A DNA stretch of 63,346 bases, counting the filler, from Choristocarpus tenellus KU-1152 (lineage: Eukaryota; Protista; Phaeophyceae), in assembly GCA_964200185.2 (NCBI GenBank). It is 12 parts of 12 records of this genome, joined end to end, with 100 filler letters (N's around TTAATTAATTAA, not from the genome) between each part and the next. Parts side by side here need not be neighbours in the genome. Positions count along the whole stretch, not along the records: positions 51,999 to 55,013 come from CAXNAD020022926.1; positions 55,114 to 58,812 come from CAXNAD020018441.1; positions 58,913 to 63,346 come from CAXNAD020014572.1; 9 more parts are not named here. One strand, 5' to 3'. The notes beneath the pieces are model-generated. The model was not told the origin of the DNA. It ran no database searches and was given only the letters and a program-made list of their open reading frames with translations. The position numbers and the translations under genes are program-made. Position 1 is the first letter of the stretch. Each line of letters begins with the position of its first letter. Shown here in pieces: positions 54,101 through 63,346 of this stretch.

Positions 54101-55939
54101 TTCACAGTTCTTATGGATTTATCATTTTTCAAAATAGTCCCACATTCTTGAGCTAGAACAAAGAAGGGGTAGTAGTTTTATATGTAAAATTGTGTTTTGT
54201 GAAAGAGGAAATGGATGTTGAAAAGGAAGAACAGGTATACACACAGGTTTGTCATGGGGTGAGAGGTTATGGCTGGTGCAGTTTTGTTGAAGAAAGGAGT
54301 TGGAGTTGCGGAGGGGCAGACAGAGGTAGATTGGCAGGTGCAGACAGTGCACCACCAACATATTCGGTGTTAGGGTGGTTAAGCCTCTGAGTCTGAGCAA
54401 AATACCTCCCACCCACACTGGTGTTCATGAGAGGGGTGTCTGTGTTGGGGATAGGGTAGGTCAGACCCTAGAATGGCCTGTCGACCAAACGCTTTTTCTT
54501 TGACAAAGGTTTACCATTTTATGGCACATGTCTTTCGCGTGAAGGCATGTCAGTCCGATATTACATGGTACATGTTGTGTAACGTCCCTATTTATTGTCA
54601 CATTATCCATACGATTTATTTCGCCAGGAGAATGCCCGGGTTCGAAGCCCCTTCAGACCAGAACTTGTTTACTTCAATGGTTCACATTCTAAATCCTTTT
54701 TTGTGTACCTACCTTACTATGTTCCAATAAACCACAAGAGAGAACGAGGAAGATTTGGAACAGAGTTTAGGAGATTGATTGGGATAGAATGGAAGATAGT
54801 AGTAGTATATAGTAATTCACACATTAGAAATAAGTCTATTTTATATTGCAATGTTACACATGTAGTACAGCGGAGTTATTGGTTGAGAAGTTTGCAGAAT
54901 GTAAACGGAAGAAAAATTATTATTGAATTATGTTATAAATTGGAAAGCATGTTTATCTGTTATTATACCGTTATTGCCGTATGCCATATACCGTTATACC
55001 GTGGTACCGAGTGNNNNNNNNNNNNNNNNNNNNNNNNNNNNNNNNNNNNNNNNNNNNTTAATTAATTAANNNNNNNNNNNNNNNNNNNNNNNNNNNNNNN
55101 NNNNNNNNNNNNNCTCGGTACCACGGTATAACGGTATATGGCATACGGCAATAACGGTATAATAACAGACAAACATGCTTTCCACACTCGCCACGATTAT
55201 TTTATCGATTCTATTTTATCGATTCTACGATTGATTTCCCAGGAATGCCACGATTATTAGTCGATTCTGCGACTAATTCTTGAAACTCTCCAAGATGAAC
55301 TCAACGATTACGATTTCCACGGTTACTAGTCGTAGTCGTCAGAGGTGTGCAATCCTGCTTTTAAAATTATCCTGATATTGTACCATTTGGCACATAGTCG
55401 GGTGCCCGGTTTTGTACCACATCGATTTTGTTTCGCTTTTTTCGGACATTCCCACGGGTAAACAAAATCGGGTAACCCACTGTATATGTTGCGATTTATA
55501 GGAAAGAACAGTTGTGTACTAATCTTACGTTATGATTTAACAGAAAAGAACAATAACATAGAAACTCTAAACTGCTGAAATATAACCTAAAAGGTCAATG
55601 GTGTACAAATCTTAGGTTACTACTACTCTAATTTCATACAATAATACTTCGTTCCCTTGTTGTTTCATGTATTATAGTAGTATTAAAAAGTATATCCCTT
55701 CTTTCTAAACAAACACATTGTGGAAGCCAGTAGGGTCTTAGGTAAGATGACGTGTGTAGAGTGTGATGCAAGTTGAAAACTTCTCTCTATTATTCCATAC
55801 ATAGGTCGTTAGTGGTCACATTTTGCCTATTGATGTCACCATTCCTACATTAAAAACCTCTCCAAATACTTGTCGTTACGACTGATCCTCTACAAAACAT
55901 GTACAAATAAATACCTGTCGTACCACTCCCTCCCCATCA

Positions 55940-58225
55940 ATATATATTATTATACCCTCTGACATTTTGCAGATGTGTAAGGGGAAAATTCAATTCAATA
56001 TCATAAGAACCCCTGTAAAAGTAACAGTTGTCGTAAATGTGAAAGATATCTCTCCAAAATCTATTTTCTATTGACTACCAGCTATACTACAGCAGTCCCC
56101 TGATATGCCTCCAATCTAGCTTAGCGCTACACCACAGGGCAAGGAGGTAGGAAAGCATCCCAAGAATCTGACAGGCCCCTCCTTGTTCATCTCCCTGGTG
56201 TCTCCAGCTTTAAACACATGACACGTCTTGATAGAGCCATTTGTGTTGTGACAAATACTATCTGTCGTAAACGGGATTTGACAGCTCCTTTCCTGGTGTA
56301 GTCTCCCGCCCCTCTCCCCCCTAATGCATGCGTAGCCAACTCATCCAGAAAGCTTTGTGCTCGCTTACCAAGGTGCCCAAAACTTTCCATCGCGAAGGTA
56401 TTGAGGTTAAAACCACGAGGGGAAAAAAAAAACCTCATAGTGGGTGCGCTTTCGCGCCTCAGGCAGCTACCCCATTGGCTCAAAAAGTATGTGGGGGCGA
56501 GTGGTGACTGTCCATTCGGGGCCCAATTTTCCATGTTACGATTTGGGGTGATTTGGTTGCATGCGTCGGATGGATAATGTAATTTCACTTCTTCTGGTCA
56601 GGGCCCGAAAGATCGATCCACTGTGAATGGGTTACTGTCCCCCATAGTGCAGGGGATGCCCATTCCTTTCAGAGTTATTACCTAGACGCATCACCATCGG
56701 TGTGTGTTGGAGGACCTGTCCCCCTGCCCTGGGGCAGGTACGAGCATGTCTATTGTCCACACTATGCTTCCTGCACCAAGCCACTGGGTACCTGTTGGAT
56801 AGGGCCTCCTCCCTCCCTAGGGATCTGGTGGCAGTGAGTCTAAACTCTATGGGAGGGATATGGCATGGTAGTACGAGGGCTTGTGTGGAGGAGGCCCATG
56901 CATTTGGCCCTTGTCCACACTGGCTCCGGTGGCGGGTCAGGGCTAGGAAAGAACTTTCCCTCCCTTGTTCTGCATCATCTAGTAGGATGGTTAATTGCGT
57001 CCGGAAAGGGTTGAACCGGTTCCTGTTCAGGAGGCGGGTAGAGTGTGGACCAATGGCGGCAGGTGTAGGGATTATTGCTCCCCGCAGGCTACCCAGCCCT
57101 GACCAAAAATTCCTGTCAAGTCTTCTGAAGGGACTCCTGTCGAGAGGAGGGTGTGAGGATGGATGATCCCAGGGCCCTAACTGTGGGGCTCATGCAAATG
57201 GCTTGTGAGAAAGACTCTCCATGAGGCCCTTGTTGCCTTGTTAAAAGGGCGGAGAGAGTGGCCATCAGTGACCCTACAAGGCTGCATCCTGGCGATGCTT
57301 CACAGAGGATAGGCCTAACCCCCCCGAACTCGTGGCCATCTGTGCCTGTACATGTTGGTATGTTTCCAGGAAAAAAGACACATTTTCACACACCCCTTCA
57401 AAGAAGTCAGTGGCTTCCGCTGAGTCTGCTGCCTCCATTATCTTCTCCGGCGTCCACATTGACTTGCTGTCTGCTTTTTTCATGGTGGAGCATACCAGGT
57501 GGGGGAGAGTGACCCTTATCAAATAGCCTAAGTGGGAAGAGAGGGACCAGGAATTGAGGAACCAGGCAAATTGTTTGTCCCCCATCTCACTCAGGTGTGT
57601 GGCCAGCATTCGTGACCCTGAGCTCTCGATCACCTCAGCCATGTGGGCTTGGATAAATCCATCTGTTCCCAATGGAGCCCCTAGTGTAACAAAACCATTT
57701 GGGTCTGGGACCAGGTATATTCCCGCTGTGACCAACAGTTCTAGTTCTGAGGGCATGGGCTGGTGGCCCAGGGGAGATGCAGCAAAGATCTTCTTGTTCA
57801 TGTTGAGGGCGATGCCTACCTCGTATTGATCAGTTTTCAGCTGTTCAAAAGCAGCTATTGTGGTGCAGTTGTTCTCCCTTGCAGAAATGGATGTTGTCAT
57901 CCAGATAACTTCGGGAGGAGACCCCCTGTTCCAAAGATAGACTGGACCCACTGTAGGGCTTTGGTGGTTGTCATGCAACATATGAGGGGGCCAAGGGGGT
58001 CCTCTTGTTGTGCTCCTGACCTTGATGGCATTATCTTCATCCCTACACCCAAGTGGAAAAGAAGATAACGGGTGTCCCCATACACCTTGGACTCGTAGGG
58101 TAGGAGTCCTGGTAGGGTCTCAGGGAGAGCCTCGATGAAGGCCAAGCAGCTAACACTATTGAAGGCGTTTCTTCCAGACTAGACTAATGATCCATTCGCC
58201 ACACTCATTCCTTTGGCAAATATCC
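55940..58225 (-). mobile_element. CRE-clade non-LTR retrotransposon (RT - CCHC finger - restriction-like endonuclease), 5'-truncated and degenerate
   Basis: NAFNSVS, GAQQEDPLGP (cf. GVQQGDPLGP), GFVTLGAPLG, SSGGLGL, CPVAWC...HARTC, FAMESFGHLG..AQSFLDELA; 3' hairpin and (ATA) tail. Confidence 0.88.
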
Positions 58226-59989
58226 TGTAGGGTACGCTCCACCTCATCTTATATGCAAAAGATGTACAAACAGTTCGCTGGTACAAATACATAGATTTGA
58301 ATCCCTCCACAACGATTTGCTTTTGTGAAAACAGATAGTACATATCAACACTACTTTCTTGATTTGTCCACCTTTCATGTTGTCGTCCCCTCCCACATCA
58401 CTCTCACAAATATATGAAATTAGTACAAATGATTGAGATAATACTAAAACAAGAGTAAACTCCAAAATATTTTAGTCGTGAAGATGTTGACCCAACGTGG
58501 ATAACTCGGATTTATGAAAGGAAGGTTTTTGATGTTTCACAAATCGATCACAAATCAGATTTCATTTGTCAAACACGTGTAAGAATCCAAGAATCCGTCA
58601 ATATCTCGTTTTTACAGTGGATTCTCTTATTACTAAATTGAAGTAGCACAAAACCCTTTGTTTGGGAGATGAGGAAATCGCCACTTGATCAGTCATAGAA
58701 TATCGATTTTATAGTAGTAGAAGTGAATCATTAAGAGGAGATTGAAGGCGAAGAAGGGGGTACAACCTGAGAGGTGGGTCAAAGTATCTGGGGGGGGGGG
58801 GTGGTTTGTGAGNNNNNNNNNNNNNNNNNNNNNNNNNNNNNNNNNNNNNNNNNNNNTTAATTAATTAANNNNNNNNNNNNNNNNNNNNNNNNNNNNNNNN
58901 NNNNNNNNNNNNGGGGTCTTCACCAGGGTGTCCATTTGGGTCATAGCCAGGAAACGTGCACATACATTATCCATCCGACATATGCAACCAAATCACCCAA
59001 AAACTGCAACATAAGAAAATTGGACCCAAATTGACAGCCGCCACCCCCTCCCAAATACTCTGAGTCACTACCTACATATCTTGCATTGTTTCAAGTTGCC
59101 AATCATCACCTACACATATTTCTCGTACGTGCTTGATTTTGATTGTGTTGATAAAAAAAAGAAAGGCATAGAACGTTAAGCAATTTTACGCGTCTTAGAG
59201 ACAAAAAAGTATTGATCGATTTGTACGCAAGAAAATAGAGGTCAATTTTGAAAACCCGTCCAGTATGGAAAATATTCCTACGAAAATGAGCTCGATATAT
59301 TGTTTTGTCTGTTGCATACCTTGGATTCCATATTCAACAGCGGCACCCTGATACCACACCAATTTAGCAGTTTTAGCATGACGACATCATCAAAGCAAGG
59401 TGTTTCTATCACATTTCTAGCGGTACCAATTACAACAACAATCTAATGGCACTAATGATATCAAGCTTTCTACTCTTCATACCCATATTATATTCACAAA
59501 TACTACACGCATGCAGACCATATTCAACGATCCATATGTCAGTCAACCTTTTGGTGGTATTGACTGCAGACACAAAAGGTCGTTGTGTTTCATACAATAA
59601 AAAGAAGCTATCCTCACTCAAGACAGTAAAATCCACACACAAATATCCCTGACCATTATTGTACAAACGTTACACATCGAAATAGTACAAAATAGAAAAT
59701 ATGTAATATGTATGTATGTATATATTTCAAATTATACAGATTGTCCAACAATCCAATGAACAAAAGGAGTGTGGACAATTGTTAGCACCTTCATCATAGG
59801 TACTGATAATCTCATTTCACCCGCACCAATCCAGAAAACATGGAACAGATATCGCGTATTCTCAATATCCATAATACATTTAAGTAATTACTATTTCGGG
59901 TTGACCTTTTCCTTCTAGGATATCCTGATGTACAATTTCTCTCAATACTAATTATTCATTTATCATGCAACCCCCTTGCCTCGGTCAAG

Positions 59990-60420
59990 GTAGGATACTC
60001 CTACCACCTCACTGCAAAAATCGCATTTTACAGATTCACCTCTTGACCTCAACCACAATACAAATTCTAGTCACACCAAAGAGCAACAATTTACTCCTCA
60101 GCCCCAACTCACAAGCCATACTGCCCATTAGCCTAACCAATGAGGCGGAAGGTGTGGGAGCAGAGGTTTCAAAATAATCAACATCATACTCCTGGCCAAA
60201 CCCTTGCGCAAGTACTCTAGTCTTAACCCCACTGAATATCCCAAAACAGTCACCCTTCCATTTAAACACCCACTTGGAACCAATAACCTTGCACCCCAAG
60301 GGTACATCTGAAACACTGAAGTTGCCTGTGTCCAATAAACCATCGAACTCCTTAGACATAGCCTCTTTCGACACTAGTCAGTATTCAGACTTTCGAGCAT
60401 CAGTGTAAGACTGCGGGGCT
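59990..60420 (-). mobile_element. Ty1/Copia RT N-terminal relic
   Basis: EAMSKEFDGLL...KVIGSKWVFKWK...KTRVLAQGFGQEYDVDYFETSAP. Confidence 0.9.
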
Positions 60421-60975
60421 GATCCCAACTCAGAAACAAGACGACCATGAAGGGGGGTACGCATCAACACAGACTCAGGCGTGGGCTGTACAGCCAGGTC
60501 ATATGCAACATGGTTCCACTCTACGTTAGCAATGAGAGACATCACATCACCAACACCTGCACTCCCTTCAATCTTGCAAGCGTTTCCTGTCTAGTCCTAC
60601 CCTACTCAACGCAATGTTCACGGACTTGATTGGGAAGAAAGTCTTTATCTGGCGAGTTGCAGTACAGGGAGCTGTTGGGCCAGCACCTCCCTGAGGCAAG
60701 TGTTCTGAACTCAAGGAAGAGACATATCCTGCACTCCCTTCACCGTCTTGGTTAGTGTCTCTGGACAGACTCATGTCAACCTGACCTCCCTCTCCATCAC
60801 CAGGTGAACGGTCAATAGTCAGATCCTTGAAAATCTGACTGTCAAAGAATGTGTAGAGTCCCAAGTCTTGATGTTGAAATATGGAGATTAATTCCTTCAC
60901 AGTTATGTTGTGGTAGGTAGAAATTTGGATTGAGAAACACCATCCAAGGGATGGGGGGTTGTCCTTGTCACCAAA

Positions 60976-61862
60976 TGATTCATATTCTATGGATCAGCAA
61001 TCACTAATCTAAAATTACTATCAACAATGCTTCCTATTCCTGAACTCTTTCATCCTGAACTCTTGCATATTCTATTTCTTAAACCCAACCACACCTACTA
61101 TCCTTCGGAACACAAACATTGTCTCGTCATCCTTAGTTTGTTTCTTCTACAGAATATTCTTTTACACATGAAGACAAGGCATAGTCTTGACACACACCCC
61201 TGCTTTGGACTTCAAGAGAAAAAAAATCACCTTAAATATAAACACATCACATCACATCACACATTACCCAGAATGATATCTTTGTGCCTATCAAACAATT
61301 CCTTCGACAAATCCTTGGAAAAAAAATCTGCATGTTGGAATTTCGTAGGTACATATCCAATCTTAACTTTCCTCTCCCTCTCTAGCTGTCGTGAATATTG
61401 GTACCTAATGTCTATGTGCTTAATTCTACCACCAGATACTGCCTTGTGTGAAATCTTATTTTCACCATCATTACCTTCAAACATTAATACAAAGTAATCT
61501 TTACATTGTGGTGCATGAACATGTGCACTAGCTTGAGGAACATAACCTCTTTCCCCGACTCACACAGTGCAACATACTCAGCCTCAGCAGTAGACAGTGT
61601 AGCCGTTTTCTACCTCCTAGACCACCAATCAACACATTCTCCCCCAAACATCACAGCACCACCAGAAATAGACAATCTGCTGTCCTTGCAGTCTAGGATA
61701 ATCAGCATCTGCATAGCCAACTAACTGACCCCTTGGTCCATTCCCATACAAATCAAAGTCATCAAAGGGAATTCTATTATCTTTAGTATCCAACAGGTAC
61801 CCAATCACTCTGTTAGCATTACACCAATCAGACCAACTTGGGTTCTCGACACTAGATACCAA
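60976..61862 (-). mobile_element. Ty1/Copia RNase H relic followed by a possible PPT and LTR (~61196-60976)
   Basis: LVGYADADY, STAEAEYVAL, RIKHIDIRYQY, YVPTKFQHADFFSK; then AAGCAGGGG|TG...CA. Confidence 0.85.
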
Positions 61863-62380
61863 TTCTCGACTTCAAACCTTGGTCCACCCCAAGTGTCCCA
61901 GTTTCCCTGTTCCAGCAAAACGTTCCGATTGCCATCCATCTTCCTCGGTCGAAAGCCATCTTCGTTCGTGTGGTCTTACGTTCTGGTGGGAGGAGTCAAT
62001 CTTTCCCACCTATAAGTAGTCCAGTCAGTCACTGCTCATAACGTACTCCACGTTCTGATGGTTCACCAGGTTCAGGTGGGGGGTCTCAGTAACAACCTTC
62101 CACCACTTCCCTGCTGTGAAGTAGGCTGATCCATGCTACCAGCAATAGTATTCAGCATCTCATCAGTACTTCCATCTTCCACAGTGTTCTCCCACATCTA
62201 TTCCGCCTTCCCCACTTCCAAGTTCCGAATCCAAACCCAAATTTTCCAAATACACTCGTTCTAAAACCAGTTCCTCTACATCCCCTTCTTCCGATCCCAA
62301 AGAAATTTCCTCCAGTATCAAATCTGCAGTCCTCGACCCAAAGAATTCTTACTTCTTCTCCAAGATTCCTTCCCCACTCT

Positions 62381-62639
62381 GAGCCAAATTATCTTAGAGG
62401 GTAGAGCCGCGTCCATATGGGGGTCAAAATCCAATGTTGCGATTTTGATCTAATTTTGTCTATTGTGTTTGTTAGGAATTGTCAATATCTATGTTTCGGA
62501 TACACCTTTTCATAACGTATACATTATACCTACTCCGAAACACTTTGGCGTAGGTATAATGTAATTAAAAACCCGTGGGAAACCAAGCCCCAAATGGACA
62601 AACAGGGAAAACCTCTTACCCTCTAAGATACGTTCACTT
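62381..62639 (+). mobile_element. MITE family A, full copy
   Basis: Degenerate family-A TIRs; flanked by TCT/TCT. Confidence 0.85.
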
Positions 62640-62869
62640 TCTTGTAAATCCCAGTGAAAAAAAAAATCCCAAACGCAGTCACGCCTGTTGACTCTTTGCT
62701 CTCTATTTGTAAGAAGAACTCGCAAAGAATCAGAAAGGTGATTGGAAGAACATACCATCATCAAACAAGGTTCGACTGTTGGAGCCAACTTATGCAATAT
62801 GTTGGTCCACTCTGGTGAACCCCCAAAGAGGCAACAAATCAGGGTGAGTTGGAACAACATAAAACATTT

Positions 62870-63200
62870 CATAAGGAGATTTCAAGTGGGGATTAGCAGA
62901 TGTGGCGCAAAGGTTTGTTAGTGTGATAACTATGTTGTGCGCCTCAGCGACAAACCCAGCCGACCCCCCAATCCAGCCGGGTACATCATGAACAGCCCCT
63001 TCTCCACTATCAGTGCAATCACACGTTCAACTTTCCCATTCAATTGTACCCAGAACGGTGTACTCTTTTTAAATCTTGTGTTGATCCAACAACCCGTCGA
63101 AGTCGCCATTCTTGAACTCCGTGCCCTCATCAGTCCTTGCACACCCCCAATGCGCAAATTTTCCACATCTGCCACATATCTCGAATAAAATCCTGAAGAG
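62870..63200 (-). mobile_element. Ty1/Copia integrase relic, same family as 17817-18205
   Basis: RTDEGTEFKNGDFDGLLD and QLNGKVERVIALIVEKGLFMM, frameshifted. Confidence 0.88.
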
Positions 63201-63346
63201 CCACTGCAGTTTCATTCTTGGCTTGTAGGAATTGAATCCATTTAATTCCTGTCTTGTCACAAGTCCATGTTCTTTGGAGTGGGTTGTTACCTCGGCGGAC
63301 AAGGGTTTCCGTGGATGGTGACCCAAAGTATCTGGGGGGGGGGAGG

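Noticed and set aside
54945-55183. Long inverted repeat spanning the gap
   Set aside because: The arms are on different contigs; they are two copies of one repeat end placed together by concatenation.
4697-58912. Recurring TTAATTAATTAA palindrome within N runs
   Set aside because: Artificial linker; ORFs crossing it and gene order across it are meaningless.

Overview
Eukaryotic, intron-rich, TE-rich DNA, most consistent with a photosynthetic stramenopile, probably a brown alga or relative (inferred from gene structure, bipartite-looking targeting peptides and closely spaced divergent gene pairs). The window is 12 unrelated contigs joined by artificial 100-bp N/TTAATTAATTAA linkers, so adjacency across linkers means nothing. 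The ORF track is mostly noise, so genes were rebuilt by hand from splice sites and reading phase: an LRR protein (partial), an unknown ~240-aa protein, lipB, tRNA-Trp(CCA), an NHL-repeat protein with an apparent SH2 domain, a PPR protein, a membrane-anchored inositol-monophosphatase-family protein, one hydroxylysine-kinase/APH-like exon and a complete ZIP/ZupT metal transporter. The rest is mobile DNA: Copia and Gypsy relics, solo LTRs, RTE-like LINE relics, many CRE-clade (RT-CCHC-REL) retroposon 3' ends and three MITE families. Most notable: the NHL+SH2 architecture, frequent AAG splice acceptors plus a GC donor, head-to-tail stacking of CRE elements, and two related MITE families with mixed 3/4-bp target duplications. 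All calls come from reading the sequence; no searches were run.
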